From Escherichia coli (GTDB lineage Bacteria; Pseudomonadota; Gammaproteobacteria; Enterobacterales; Enterobacteriaceae): a stretch of DNA of 64,000 bases. The DNA is taken from the NCBI RefSeq assembly GCF_013122565.1, contig NZ_CP053258.1; one strand, given 5' to 3'. Of the stretch, positions 1 to 13,842 are shown one piece after another. The translations under genes were made by a program, and so were the position numbers. Position 1 is the stretch's first letter; each line of letters begins with the position of its first letter. The notes beneath the pieces are model-generated. The model saw nothing but the letters and a program-made list of their open reading frames with translations, did no database searches and was not told the origin of the DNA.

Positions 1-2
1 GG

Positions 3-518
3 GAAAAAGAGTTGGGGTCGATTATCAACCTTTACGTGACTCCCACCACCCGTAGCGAATTTTTGCTTGGCAAACAGCTACCGTACATCGCGCTGGGGAT
101 GCTGAACTTTTTCCTGCTCTGCGGCCTGTCGGTGTTTGTGTTTGGCGTACCGCATAAAGGCAGTTTCCTGACGCTCACCCTGGCGGCGCTGCTGTATATC
201 ATCATCGCCACCGGAATGGGGCTGCTGATCTCCACCTTTATGAAAAGCCAGATTGCCGCCATTTTCGGAACGGCGATTATCACGTTGATCCCGGCGACAC
301 AGTTTTCGGGGATGATCGATCCGGTAGCTTCGCTGGAAGGTCCAGGACGCTGGATCGGCGAGGTTTACCCGACCAGTCATTTTCTGACTATTGCCCGCGG
401 GACGTTCTCGAAAGCGCTAGATCTGACTGATTTGTGGCAACTTTTTATCCCGTTGCTGATAGCCATCCCGCTGGTGATGGGCTTAAGCATCCTGCTGCTG
501 AAAAAACAGGAGGGATGA
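3..518 (+). CDS. rbbA: ABC transporter ATPase/permease RbbA, C-terminal permease end (5' part lies outside the window)
   Basis: Open frame runs from the window edge; hydrophobic ABC-2 permease-like translation; immediately upstream of and overlapping yhhJ as in the K-12 yhiI-rbbA-yhhJ operon. Confidence 0.7.
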
Positions 519-1642
519 TGCGCCATTTACGCAATATTTTTAATCTGGGTATCAAAGAGTTGCGCAGTCTGCTCGGTGATAAAGCGATGCTGACGCTGAT
601 TGTCTTCTCGTTTACGGTGTCGGTGTATTCGTCAGCGACCGTGACGCCAGGATCATTGAACCTCGCGCCGATCGCCATTGCCGATATGGATCAATCGCAG
701 TTATCGAACCGGATCGTTAACAGCTTCTATCGCCCGTGGTTTTTGCCACCGGAGATGATCACCGCCGATGAGATGGATGCCGGGCTGGACGCCGGACGCT
801 ATACCTTCGCGATAAATATTCCGCCTAATTTTCAGCGTGATGTCCTCGCCGGACGCCAGCCGGATATTCAGGTGAACGTCGATGCCACGCGCATGAGTCA
901 GGCATTTACCGGCAATGGGTATATCCAGAATATTATCAACGGTGAAGTGAACAGCTTTGTCGCGCGCTACCGTGATAACAGCGAACCGTTGGTATCGCTG
1001 GAAACCCGGATGCGCTTCAACCCGAACCTTGATCCCGCGTGGTTTGGCGGGGTGATGGCAATCATCAACAACATTACCATGCTGGCGATTGTATTGACCG
1101 GATCGGCGCTGATCCGCGAGCGTGAACACGGCACGGTGGAACACTTACTTGTGATGCCGATAACGCCGTTTGAGATCATGATGGCTAAGATCTGGTCGAT
1201 GGGGTTGGTGGTGCTGGTGGTATCGGGATTATCACTGGTGCTGATGGTAAAAGGCGTGCTGGGCGTACCGATTGAAGGCTCGATCCCGCTGTTTATGCTG
1301 GGCGTGGCGCTTAGTCTGTTTGCCACCACGTCAATCGGCATTTTTATGGGGACGATAGCGCGTTCAATGCCGCAACTGGGGCTGCTGGTGATTCTGGTGC
1401 TGCTACCGTTGCAAATGCTTTCTGGTGGATCCACGCCGCGTGAAAGTATGCCGCAGATGGTGCAGGACATTATGCTGACCATGCCGACGACACACTTTGT
1501 TAGCCTCGCGCAGGCCATTCTCTACCGTGGTGCCGGATTCGAAATCGTCTGGCCGCAGTTCCTGACGCTGATGGCAATTGGCGGCGCGTTTTTCACCATC
1601 GCGCTGCTGCGATTCAGGAAGACGATTGGGACAATGGCGTAA
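515..1642 (+). CDS. yhhJ: ABC-2 family transporter permease YhhJ
   Basis: 375-codon ORF from the MMRHLRN start, multi-TM translation, start overlaps the rbbA stop; matches remembered YhhJ. Confidence 0.85.
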
Positions 1643-1654
1643 GGAAGGGAAACT

Positions 1655-1705
1655 TGACTTCATACTGTGATGTCATACTATTGATGTCATAAAGTGAAGT
1701 CATAA
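1655..1705. promoter_or_regulatory. Cluster of four ~10-bp repeats (tgacttcata / tgatgtcata x2 / tgaagtcata) directly upstream of the HicA-like ORF; candidate operator/promoter
   Basis: Repeats read directly in the sequence at 1655-1664, 1668-1677, 1682-1691 and 1695-1704, ending 10 bp before the ATG at 1715. Confidence 0.4.
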
Positions 1706-1714
1706 GGACATGCC

Positions 1715-1990
1715 ATGAGAACCAAGGTACAGGCTTTACGGAAGAAACAAAAAAATACATTGGATCAAATATTTAAAACTCCTGTTCCTCAAGGGATCAA
1801 GTGGTCTGATATAGAGTCACTGGTTAAAGCATTAGGCGGAGAAATTAAGGAAGGAAGAGGTTCGCGTTGTAAGTTCATACTAAATATGAGCGTTGCGTGT
1901 TTCCATCGGCCTCATCCGTCGCCAGATACCGATAAAGGCGCTGTAGAAAGCGTGCGTGACTGGTTACTAAGTATAGGGGTAAAACCATGA
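1715..1990 (+). CDS. HicA-like (YcfA family) mRNA-interferase toxin candidate
   Basis: 91-aa basic protein with a GSR-CKF core and a C-terminal His/Pro segment reminiscent of HicA; stop overlaps the start of the downstream HicB-like ORF (ATGA at 1987-1990). Confidence 0.5.
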   Translation: MRTKVQALRKKQKNTLDQIFKTPVPQGIKWSDIESLVKALGGEIKEGRGSRCKFILNMSVACFHRPHPSPDTDKGAVESVRDWLLSIGVKP

Positions 1991-2346
1991 TCAAACTGAA
2001 GACGCCAAACTCTATGGAGATTGCCGGGCAACCTGCTGTTATCACTTACGTGCCAGAACTGAATGCATTTCGTGGCAAATTCCTGGGCTTGTCAGGTTAT
2101 TGTGATTTTGTCTCTGACAGCATTCAGGGGCTGCAAAAAGAAGGGGAACTTTCCCTGCTAGAGTATCTTGAGGATTGTAAAGCTGCGGGTATTGAGCCGT
2201 ATGCGCGTACAGAAAAGATTAAGACCTTTACGTTACGCTATCCAGAATCGCTGAGTGAACGCCTTAATAATGCGGCTGCGCAGCAACAAGTCTCTGTTAA
2301 TACCTATATTATTGAAACACTGAATGAGCGTTTGAATCATTTATAA
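1987..2346 (+). CDS. HicB-like antitoxin (HicB fold with C-terminal ribbon-helix-helix-like tail)
   Basis: 119 aa; C-terminal SVNTYIIETLNERL resembles an RHH DNA-binding motif; translationally coupled to the upstream toxin-like ORF. Confidence 0.6.
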   Translation: MIKLKTPNSMEIAGQPAVITYVPELNAFRGKFLGLSGYCDFVSDSIQGLQKEGELSLLEYLEDCKAAGIEPYARTEKIKTFTLRYPESLSERLNNAAAQQQVSVNTYIIETLNERLNHL

Positions 2347-2400
2347 ATTTTAGCGGCGTACATTACGCAGAATATCTGCCTTTACAGGATCTATCTATGC

Positions 2401-2434
2401 AACTGAACTTAATTTTATAAATTAAGTTCAGTTA
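2401..2434. terminator. Near-perfect 15-bp-arm inverted repeat between convergent HicB-like gene and nikR; probable bidirectional terminator or insertion-junction hairpin
   Basis: aactgaacttaattt ... aaattaagttcagtt read directly. Confidence 0.4.
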
Positions 2435-2465
2435 ATATCTTTTCTTTCCTCGTTTTAGAAATAAC

Positions 2466-5269
<2,804 letters not shown>

Positions 5270-5273
<4 letters not shown>

Positions 5274-6214
5274 GCGTGCGCTCCTTCATGACGACGAATG
5301 CGCGGGTCCAGCGCGGCGTTTAGCAAATCGACAATCAAATTACAGACCACAAAAACCACCACCATCATCAGCGTAAAGCACTGGATCACCGGATAGTCAC
5401 GGTTAAAAATCGCCGACACCGCATAGCGCCCGACGCCCGGCCAGGCAAAGATGTTTTCGATAATCATCGTCCCGCCAATCAGTTCGCCAATGTGCATCCC
5501 CACGGCGGTGATCATCGGCAGCGAGGCATTGCGCAGAATATGACGACGTTCGGTCTGTTTGTCGTTCAGGCCGCGCAGCCGCGCCCAGGTGACGTGACGC
5601 TGACCGGCGACGTCCAGCATACTGGCGCGCAGCAGCCGCGCGTTAATCGCCAGCGACATAAAGGCAATGGAAACCGCAGGCAAAATGATGTGCTGCCAGC
5701 CGCCGTAGCCCATCGCGGGTAGCCATTGCAGATACACCGAAAACGCCATCACCAGTAAAAACGCCAGCCAGAAGTTAGGCATCGACACGCCAAGAAACGC
5801 GATGAAACGTACGGCGAAATCCGGCAGACGATCGCGATGGCGCGCCGCCCAGATACCGAGCGGCACGGAAGTGAGCAGAATTAATACCAGCGCGGCACCT
5901 GCAAGTTCCAGCGTGGCGGGCAGGAAGTTCAGCATATCGTCCAGCACCGGGCGTTGGCTGGCGAATGAGATACCAAAGTCAAGATGCAGCGCCTTCCACA
6001 ACCAGGTACCGTACTGGACGTACAGCGGCTGATCCAGTCCCAGCATGGTGCGGGTAGAGGCCAGCATCTCCGGCGTCGGCGGCAGGTTAGACAGACGCAA
6101 ATAATCGAGCGCCGGGTCGCCGGTACCGAGGCGCAGCATCAGAAAAATGATCACCGAGGCGGCGAGCACCATCGGGATCAGCAGCAGAAAGCGGCGTAAT
6201 ACGTAACGCAACAT
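5270..6214 (-). CDS. nikB: Nickel ABC transporter permease NikB
   Basis: 314 aa multi-TM permease. Confidence 0.9.
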
Positions 6215-7788
6215 TAAGGTTTCACCGGTTTAATCTGTTCGAACGGAATTTCGGTGGCGATCGGCGCGTAGGGGATGTTACCCAGCTCCGGTTTTGATAC
6301 CACCATCATTGAGATGTAACTGATAGGCAGATAAACCGCCTCGTCATGCAGACGGGTCAGAATGTCGCGATACAGTGCCTGACGTTGTGCTTCGTCATGG
6401 GTCGCCAGCACTTCGCCGATCTCTTTATCAATCAGCGGCTTGTCGGCTAATCCTTGCTGTGCCTGGAAATCAGCGTGCGACGGTACGCGCATTGAACTCA
6501 GGAAGGCGTGTGGATCGTATGGCGCGCCCCAGGTGCGGTGGAAAATCATGCCAAAACGACCGTCGCGCTGACGAGCATAGATACTGCTCTCTTCTTCGCC
6601 AATCAGCGAGACATCTGCGCCAATCTGGCGCATATCAGCCTGAATGATTTCCGCCATCGATTTGCTTAACGCATCGGTGCCGATGAACGAAAGTTCAATG
6701 CGCAGCGGCTGACCATTTTTCTCGCGGATGTCTTTGCCCGCAGGAAGCGTCCAACCGGCTTTTTCGAGCAACTCTTTCGCTTTCTGCGGATCGTACTGGC
6801 GCGGTTTCAGGCCGAGGTTGGCGTAGGGCACAGAAGGGGCAAACAGGGTGTCGGCGACCTGCTGGGTGCCATACAACGCGTTATCAATCAGCGATTTTTT
6901 GTTTACCGCGTAATTAAGAGCTTCACGTACTGCCAGCTCGTTGGTAGGGGCTTTGGCGGTGTTGAGCGCCAGCATCACGGTTTCGATCGGCTGTGACAGT
7001 TGGGTGTGGTACGCCGGATTCTGGCTAAAGCGGGCGAAAGTATCGAGCGGTAATAACCCTTCATTACCGTACAGCAGGTCGATATCGCCAGTTTCAAACG
7101 CCACCGCGCGGGTAGTCGGGTCCGGGATCACGTTAAAGGTGATCTTTTTAATCGCCGGCTTTTCGCCCCAGTAGTTTTCGTTACGGACGAAGACATCGTA
7201 CTGATTCAGTTTCGATTCCTGCAAAACCCACGGCCCGGTGCCAATCGGCGCTTTAATCCCGTTCATGGTTTCATGGTTTTTAAACTGCGAGGGGGCGATA
7301 AAGCGGAAAGGACGTGGCAGGGCCAGTTCTTGCAGGAAAGGATAGTAGGCGCTTTTCAGGGTGATTTGCAGCTCGTTTTTACTGAGTGCTTTGACATCAA
7401 CAATCTGGTTTGCCAGCTCCAGCCAGGCGTGACGTTGACGGTTATCGAGCACTGCGCGGAAGTTTTCTGCCGCCGCCTCTGCATCAAACGGTTCGCCGTT
7501 AGAGAATTTCACGTCATCACGCAGGGTGAAGGTCCAGGTTTTACCATCTTCTGAATGAGTCCAGCTTTTTGCCAGCCACGGGATCACCGAACCGTCTGCC
7601 TGATATTTCACCAATGGTTCATAAACCATGCTCTGGGCGAACATCTGGTTAGGCGTGTAAAGGTGCGGGTTTAGTGGCCCGACATTCACCGGCCAGGCGG
7701 TGGTGATTTCATCTGGTGCAGCGGCATGGACGATAAAAGACGCACAAGCCAGCAGCGCAAATAGAGTGCGGCGGAGTGTGGAGAGCAT
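6214..7788 (-). CDS. nikA: Periplasmic nickel-binding protein NikA
   Basis: 524 aa with N-terminal signal peptide; family-5 solute-binding protein. Confidence 0.92.
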
Positions 7789-7825
7789 GGTAACCCCAAT
7801 GGATTAAAATAGATGGCGGAAATAA

Positions 7826-7852
7826 GTATGACGATTTTAAGTATTCGTCATA
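7826..7852 (-). promoter_or_regulatory. NikR operator upstream of nikA (GTATGA-N16-TCATAC)
   Basis: gtatga at 7826-7831 and tcatac at 7847-7852 with a 15-16 nt spacer, about 40 bp upstream of the nikA start. Confidence 0.75.
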
Positions 7853-7898
7853 CTGATTACCTGTTCTGGATCAATAGATGGGCAGTCGGGTGGGCGGA

Positions 7899-8486
7899 TC
7901 AGTTAACTGAATCGATCCATTGCACACTGTCGGCGGTGAGCGTAAAGGGAGTAGGGGTGCAGATCGCCAGGCTTAAATTTTCTAGCTGACAATGGCTGAC
8001 TGACAGCGAGGAGTGATAGGTGCTGTCTACGCTGACGATTTGCCAGGCGCTGCCACCACGCTGTTTAACGATGGCTTCTTTGCGCGTCCAGATGCGCCAG
8101 AACATTTCCAGTTGCTGATCAGGATGCACGGCGTCCATCTCAGCGTGTTCCCCGAGGCTGAATACGGCGTTCGCCAGCCAGCGCCAGTTGGCGCGCGGGC
8201 GAATCACTTCGATATCGCAGCCGACTTCGCCTTCATCGCTCAACAGCAGGGCGATATCGTCACCGCTATGGCTTAAGTTGAACCATAGCGGCGTTTCCGG
8301 CGCGAATGCCGGTTTGCCTTGTTCGCCATAGATGATCTCCGGTAGCGGGGAAAGCGTGTGCGAAAGCAATGCACGCCCCGCCAGCCAGCGTTCGCGTCGT
8401 GGACCTTGCGGTGCTTGCTCGCGTAAACCCGGTGGCAGTGGAGCTGCGCTTAAGGTCGAAACTTTCCCCAGAACTATCCGATACAT
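7899..8486 (-). CDS. acpT: 4'-phosphopantetheinyl transferase AcpT
   Basis: 195 aa; position between nikA and yhhT; matches remembered AcpT. Confidence 0.85.
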   Translation of the reverse strand: MYRIVLGKVSTLSAAPLPPGLREQAPQGPRRERWLAGRALLSHTLSPLPEIIYGEQGKPAFAPETPLWFNLSHSGDDIALLLSDEGEVGCDIEVIRPRANWRWLANAVFSLGEHAEMDAVHPDQQLEMFWRIWTRKEAIVKQRGGSAWQIVSVDSTYHSSLSVSHCQLENLSLAICTPTPFTLTADSVQWIDSVN

Positions 8487-8540
8487 ATCAGGGCCAACGT
8501 ATAATGGAAAATGAAAGTGCGTATCGTATCACTTGTCGCC

Positions 8541-9590
8541 TCATCCCGGTAACCGACTTTTCGGTCTGCCCGGTCCCAGTAAAATCGCCAGTTTGCTACC
8601 GCCTTTCGTAGTTTCCATCCAGATTTTACACACGCTGGTTAATGGCACCGAAAGTAGCATCCCTACCGGGCCGAGCAGCCATCCCCAAATTAACAATGAA
8701 AGAAATACCACCATGGTGGACATCCCCAGGCGATGGCCCATCATCCGTGGCTCTAAAATATTGCCGATGACCATATGGACAACTAAAAACAATGCGCCGA
8801 CCAGAATACATTCGTAAATACCATTAAACAGCAGCACCTGAATCATTGGCGGTACGGCGGAAATTACCGCGCCGATATTAGGCACGTAGTTGAGCAAAAA
8901 CGCCAGTACTGCCCACATCAGCGCAAACTGCACCCCCATCAGCTCCAGCCCCAGCCAGACGATGACACCCGTCCATAAACTGAGTAGCGTCTTTAACGCC
9001 AGATAATGCGAAACGCCTTTAAGTGCGCGGTGTAATCCCGCGATGTGAATCTGTGGGTTATTCAGCGCAAAACGCATTTTGTAAGGGACGTGGCGCACTT
9101 CAAACAGCATAAAAACTACGGTCATCACCAGCAGAATTACGCTCGCCATTGCCCCGGAAAGCCCGGTCATTAGCGCCGTGGTGAAGGTAACCACTTTTTC
9201 CGAGTCCATCCGCTGCAGCATTCGCTCTGGCGACATATGCAAATTAAGAAAAGGCAACATCTCCTGCAATTTAAAAAGTTTGCGCGTCAGCTCCTTATTA
9301 AACTTCGGCAGCATAGAGATAAATTCGTTAAACGATGCCGCCAGTACGCCAACCAGCGCGGTTAGTGCGATCAGCATCACCACCACCACAATCGTAATGG
9401 CAACGGGGCGTTTTACTCCCCGTCGAACAAACCAGGTAACGAGCGGGTTGAGGACGATGGCAAAAAACAGCGCCAGTAACAGCTGCACAATGATATCTGC
9501 CGCTGCGTGAATGCCCGCGAGGATCACTACCAGCGAGGCCAGCTTGAGCAGAATGTGCATGCCCGTTTTATCGGGTTGAGGGGTTTCCAT
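8541..9590 (-). CDS. yhhT: Putative transporter YhhT (AI-2E/PerM family)
   Basis: Multi-TM ORF; start placed at the internal METPQPDK Met giving 349 aa (the track ORF extends 27 codons further upstream). Confidence 0.8.
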   Translation of the reverse strand: METPQPDKTGMHILLKLASLVVILAGIHAAADIIVQLLLALFFAIVLNPLVTWFVRRGVKRPVAITIVVVVMLIALTALVGVLAASFNEFISMLPKFNKELTRKLFKLQEMLPFLNLHMSPERMLQRMDSEKVVTFTTALMTGLSGAMASVILLVMTVVFMLFEVRHVPYKMRFALNNPQIHIAGLHRALKGVSHYLALKTLLSLWTGVIVWLGLELMGVQFALMWAVLAFLLNYVPNIGAVISAVPPMIQVLLFNGIYECILVGALFLVVHMVIGNILEPRMMGHRLGMSTMVVFLSLLIWGWLLGPVGMLLSVPLTSVCKIWMETTKGGSKLAILLGPGRPKSRLPG

Positions 9591-9709
9591 TGGGGCTTCC
9601 TTGTGACTTTTTGTATTAAGTGTAGCGGGAGTCACGCCAGCAATATTCTGATTCTTACTGCTGATTTTCACGTCAGCACGTGGTAAAAATGAAACACTGT
9701 TGTAAAAAT

Positions 9710-10927
9710 GTGGTGATCCTCATGCCCGAACCCGCGCTAAACGGATTGCGCCTGAATTTGCGCATTGTCTCCATTGTCATGTTTAACTTCGCCAGCTACC
9801 TCACTATCGGGTTGCCGCTCGCTGTATTACCGGGCTATGTCCATGATGTGATGGGCTTTAGCGCTTTCTGGGCAGGAGTGGTTATCAGCCTGCAATATTT
9901 CGCCACCTTGCTGAGCCGCCCTCATGCCGGACGTTACGCCGATTTGCTGGGACCCAAAAAGATTGTCGTCTTCGGTTTATGCGGCTGCTTTTTGAGCGGT
10001 CTGGGATATCTGACGGCAGGATTAACCGCCAGTCTGCCCGTCATCAGCCTGTTATTACTTTGCCTGGGACGCGTCATCCTTGGGATTGGGCAAAGTTTTG
10101 CCGGAACGGGATCGACCCTGTGGGGCGTTGGCGTGGTTGGCTCGCTGCATATCGGGCGGGTGATTTCGTGGAACGGCATTGTCACTTACGGGGCGATGGC
10201 GATGGGTGCGCCGTTAGGTGTCGTGTTTTATCACTGGGGCGGCTTGCAGGCGTTAGCGTTAATCATTATGGGCGTGGCGCTGGTGGCCATTTTGTTGGCG
10301 ATCCCGCGTCCGACGGTAAAAGCCAGTAAAGGCAAACCGCTGCCGTTTCGCGCGGTGCTTGGGCGTGTCTGGCTGTACGGTATGGCGCTGGCACTGGCTT
10401 CCGCCGGATTTGGCGTTATCGCCACCTTTATCACGCTGTTTTATGACGCTAAAGGTTGGGACGGTGCGGCTTTCGCGCTGACGCTGTTTAGCTGTGCGTT
10501 TGTCGGTACGCGTTTGTTATTCCCTAACGGCATTAACCGTATCGGCGGCTTAAACGTAGCGATGATTTGCTTTAGCGTTGAGATAATCGGCCTGCTACTG
10601 GTTGGCGTGGCGACTATGCCGTGGATGGCGAAAATCGGCGTCTTACTGGCGGGGGCAGGGTTTTCGCTAGTGTTCCCGGCATTGGGCGTAGTGGCGGTAA
10701 AAGCGGTTCCACAGCAAAATCAGGGGGCGGCGCTGGCAACTTACACCGTATTTATGGATTTATCGCTTGGCGTGACCGGACCACTGGCTGGGCTGGTGAT
10801 GAGCTGGGCGGGCGTCCCGGTGATTTATCTGGCGGCGGCGGGACTGGTCGCAATCGCGTTATTACTGACGTGGCGATTAAAAAAACGGCCTCCGGAACAC
10901 GTCCCTGAGGCCGCCTCATCATCTTAA
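9710..10927 (+). CDS. yhhS: MFS transporter YhhS
   Basis: 12-TM MFS-like translation; start uncertain (GTG at 9710 gives 405 aa; ATG alternatives at 9680 and 9722). Confidence 0.8.
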   Translation: MVILMPEPALNGLRLNLRIVSIVMFNFASYLTIGLPLAVLPGYVHDVMGFSAFWAGVVISLQYFATLLSRPHAGRYADLLGPKKIVVFGLCGCFLSGLGYLTAGLTASLPVISLLLLCLGRVILGIGQSFAGTGSTLWGVGVVGSLHIGRVISWNGIVTYGAMAMGAPLGVVFYHWGGLQALALIIMGVALVAILLAIPRPTVKASKGKPLPFRAVLGRVWLYGMALALASAGFGVIATFITLFYDAKGWDGAAFALTLFSCAFVGTRLLFPNGINRIGGLNVAMICFSVEIIGLLLVGVATMPWMAKIGVLLAGAGFSLVFPALGVVAVKAVPQQNQGAALATYTVFMDLSLGVTGPLAGLVMSWAGVPVIYLAAAGLVAIALLLTWRLKKRPPEHVPEAASSS

Positions 10928-10930
10928 AAC

Positions 10931-11488
10931 TTACTGAATAACCAGCGTATTAATGATGTTTTCTGCGGTGGTCTGCGCTTTTTGCTGATCATCAGCTGGC
11001 AGAGTAATTTGCATGGTCAGCAGTTGATTACCCACGTTACCCAGAATAACGGAAGAGTACGCCGTCTGGCCTTTCGCGGAGATAATACTGTCTAACTGCT
11101 GCATTTTGTGACCTTTCAGCTCAATGGCTTTATTGGTTACCACTTGCAGCTGCGGATCGCGGCTACGTTGCTGATCTTCCAGACGCTTCGCCAGCACCGC
11201 CAGATCTTCTTTCGGATCATCGCCCATGATGACGATGACTGCTTTCTGCCCGGTGGCGTCGGACCAGACATGCATGTTATTGGCCTGCGTTCCCAGCTTA
11301 CCGCTCTGGTCGGTCATATCCGCTGGCAGCGAGAAACTTAACTTGCCATCAAGCAGGTTGACGGGATTCCCGGTAGCGTTACTTTCCGCGACCGAACCCT
11401 GCGCCGTAGCGTTAGTGTCTTTATCATCACAGGCCGCAAGCCCCATAACCAGCAGGCCAATTCCGACATATTTAACCAGATTGCGCAT
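10931..11488 (-). CDS. dcrB: Periplasmic lipoprotein DcrB
   Basis: 185 aa from the MRNLVKY Met, lipobox LAAC. Confidence 0.85.
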
Positions 11489-11560
11489 TGACTTCTTCCT
11501 TTCGATAAACGGCCATAACGGCTCATTCATCCATCTTATCACAACTCTGATAACGAACCT

Positions 11561-12226
11561 TTAACTCGCCTGCAAAGCGTTGATTTCGGATTTATCTGCC
11601 AGTCTTTTCAACAGCATATTGAGTAATACGCCATACATTGGCAGGAAGAAAACGATACTGATTAACACTTTGAAACAGTAATCGACCAGCGCGATTTCCA
11701 TCCAGTGTTCAGCCATAAAGGCATCCGGGCTACGCCAGAAGGCAATGAAGAAAAAGGCCAGCGTGTCGCTGACGTTACCGAACAGTGTGGACGCTGTCGG
11801 TGCCAGCCACCAGCGGCGACTCTGACGCAGGCGGTTAAAAACGTGCACGTCGAGGATCTGTCCCAGCGCGTAGGCCATGAAACTGGCGGTGGCGATACGG
11901 GCGACAAACAGGTTGAAGTGGGCGAGTGCGCCGAATCCCTGCCATGAACCCATATAGAATAGCGACGAGATGACGTAGGAGATCAGCAATGCCGGGATCA
12001 TCACCGCAAAGATGATACGACGGGCCAGCGGTGCGCCAAAAATACGTACGGTCAGGTCGGTAGCGAGAAAGATAAACGGAAAGCTAAACGCGCCCCAGGT
12101 GGTATGGAAACCAAAAATGGAGACGGGAAGCTGAACCAGATAGTTACTGGAGGTGATCACCAGCAGATGAAATAACGATAACCAGAACAACGCCTTATAG
12201 CGTTGAGTTTGCGAGAAAACGTTCAT
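11561..12226 (-). CDS. yhhQ: Queuosine-precursor transporter YhhQ
   Basis: 221 aa multi-TM protein. Confidence 0.85.
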   Translation of the reverse strand: MNVFSQTQRYKALFWLSLFHLLVITSSNYLVQLPVSIFGFHTTWGAFSFPFIFLATDLTVRIFGAPLARRIIFAVMIPALLISYVISSLFYMGSWQGFGALAHFNLFVARIATASFMAYALGQILDVHVFNRLRQSRRWWLAPTASTLFGNVSDTLAFFFIAFWRSPDAFMAEHWMEIALVDYCFKVLISIVFFLPMYGVLLNMLLKRLADKSEINALQAS

Positions 12227-12446
12227 ATTGTACCTTTTTGATTAACCATTGGGGTGAGGGAACCCAATACGTACGACACGTCTGTTACCTTAACATAATA
12301 ACGTGCTTACCCTTTTTTCGAGCCGCCGCATGATACTGCTTTACGTTGACAATGCAATGGTTAATTTTCACGCAATCGTTAACCTGGTTTGCTTACGGAC
12401 TCACAGGGCGTAAACTAGCGCCGTTTTTTTATGTGATGAGAAGAAA

Positions 12447-12692
12447 ATGACCGATCTCTTTTCCAGCCCTGACCACACACTCGACGCGCTTGGCCTGCGC
12501 TGCCCGGAACCCGTAATGATGGTGCGCAAAACTGTGCGCAATATGCAGCCAGGTGAAACGTTGCTGATTATTGCTGACGATCCGGCGACGACCCGCGATA
12601 TTCCTGGGTTTTGTACCTTTATGGAACACGAACTGGTTGCTAAAGAGACGGATGGACTGCCTTATCGTTATTTGATTCGTAAATCGGGGTAA
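12447..12692 (+). CDS. tusA: Sulfur carrier protein TusA
   Basis: 81 aa with the CPEP active-site motif (LRCPEPVMM). Confidence 0.92.
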
Positions 12693-12721
12693 GGTGGATC
12701 AGGCTAGCGGACCGATCGCGC

Positions 12722-12890
12722 TCAATTTTGCGGCTTGCAACCGGTTTGTAGGATGGATAAAACGTTCAAGCTGCATCTGGCGATACGGTGCGCAATGCCT
12801 GATGCGACGCTGTCGCGTCTTATCATGCCTACGAGTTTGATGCCCTGTGTAGGCTGGATAAGGCGTTCACGCCGCATCCGGCACGCAAAC
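12722..12890. repeat. REP/BIME-type palindromic elements
   Basis: gcctgatgcgacgctg...cgtcttatcatgcctac and gtaggctggataaggcgttcacgccgcatccggca read directly. Confidence 0.7.
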
Positions 12891-12898
12891 GTATTGGA

Positions 12899-13216
12899 AT
12901 GCAAAAAATGGATTATTTAATTCCAGTTTGTCTGGCATTGCTTGGATTGCTGGCGATCTTCACCCCCAATTGGCTGATCCCTGTTTTTATCGTCGTGGGT
13001 GGATGGCTGGGAGTACTTGTCTGGGGCTGGCTCTGGCTAATGATATTTTTACCTTTACTTAACGGTGTCGGGCTTGCTTATGCCCTGTGGTTGATGTTCA
13101 AAAGGCCATCATTAGCATCCCGCCTGGTTGCTGCATTTAGTGTTATCTCCGTCATTCTGATGTTAGCGCTATATTACGCTATCCTGACCATGCCGCCGTT
13201 CCCGCCTCAGCATTAA
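12899..13216 (+). CDS. Small hypothetical inner-membrane protein (3-4 TM helices, Trp-rich)
   Basis: 105-aa ORF with strongly hydrophobic translation; lies in a segment not expected between tusA and zntA in K-12. Confidence 0.45.
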   Translation: MQKMDYLIPVCLALLGLLAIFTPNWLIPVFIVVGGWLGVLVWGWLWLMIFLPLLNGVGLAYALWLMFKRPSLASRLVAAFSVISVILMLALYYAILTMPPFPPQH

Positions 13217-13275
13217 GCCCTGTATACGGAAATGATGCCAGAAGTGCCGCCGGGGCACTCTGGCGGCAAAAAGGT

Positions 13276-13842
13276 TTAACTTTCCCAGGTAATATCCAGC
13301 AACTCACTCTTCTCGTCGAAAGTAAATACCAGCAACTGATCCGAGATATCTTTTGATATCCCATAATCCACAGTCATTTTTAACCTGCCTGGAGCAGGGG
13401 CGGCTATCCAGAGATGAACGCCACGTAAAGTGATTTGCTTTGCACAAGCCTCGTGCGTAGGTGGAGTTATATCTAGAGATTGCAATGTTTCAGCATCGAG
13501 TTCATCTAAATGAAACTCAATAAACTCATCAACAAACGCATTTGTTCCTTTCTTTTGCGCAAGTATGTTGCGGATAATTTCAGTACATGCAGGGAGGCTA
13601 TCCAGGAGTGGAACGATTTTCTCAATGGGGGTATTTGGCAGGACATCTTCAAAAATATTTAGCCAGACAGTTCGTTTTTCATTGTTAAGCGTAACGGGTA
13701 CGTATTCCGCGAAACCCTCTGACTTATCAACAGCGAGCCTTCCCCAGTAATTTGAATTTAACGTAATCATCCATTGATTCCATTTATATGTTATGTAATG
13801 AGATGCTGCGAAGCCCGTATTAGATAGCTTCGCAGGGCTCAC
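13276..13842 (-). CDS. Hypothetical protein, no recognisable family; true start may be the internal Met at 13770 (164 aa)
   Basis: 188-aa ORF in a lower-GC segment; a hairpin at 13801-13840 overlaps the first 14 codons, favouring the downstream start. Confidence 0.45.
   Translation of the reverse strand: MSPAKLSNTGFAASHYITYKWNQWMITLNSNYWGRLAVDKSEGFAEYVPVTLNNEKRTVWLNIFEDVLPNTPIEKIVPLLDSLPACTEIIRNILAQKKGTNAFVDEFIEFHLDELDAETLQSLDITPPTHEACAKQITLRGVHLWIAAPAPGRLKMTVDYGISKDISDQLLVFTFDEKSELLDITWES
13801..13840 (-). terminator. Hairpin downstream of zntA, candidate zntA terminator
   Basis: gctgcgaagc ... gcttcgcagg inverted repeat followed by A/T-rich sequence on the minus strand. Confidence 0.4.

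Noticed and set aside
12722-12920. Two ~60-aa ORFs on opposite strands
   Set aside because: They overlap the REP/BIME palindromes after tusA; reading frames created by the repeats, not genes.
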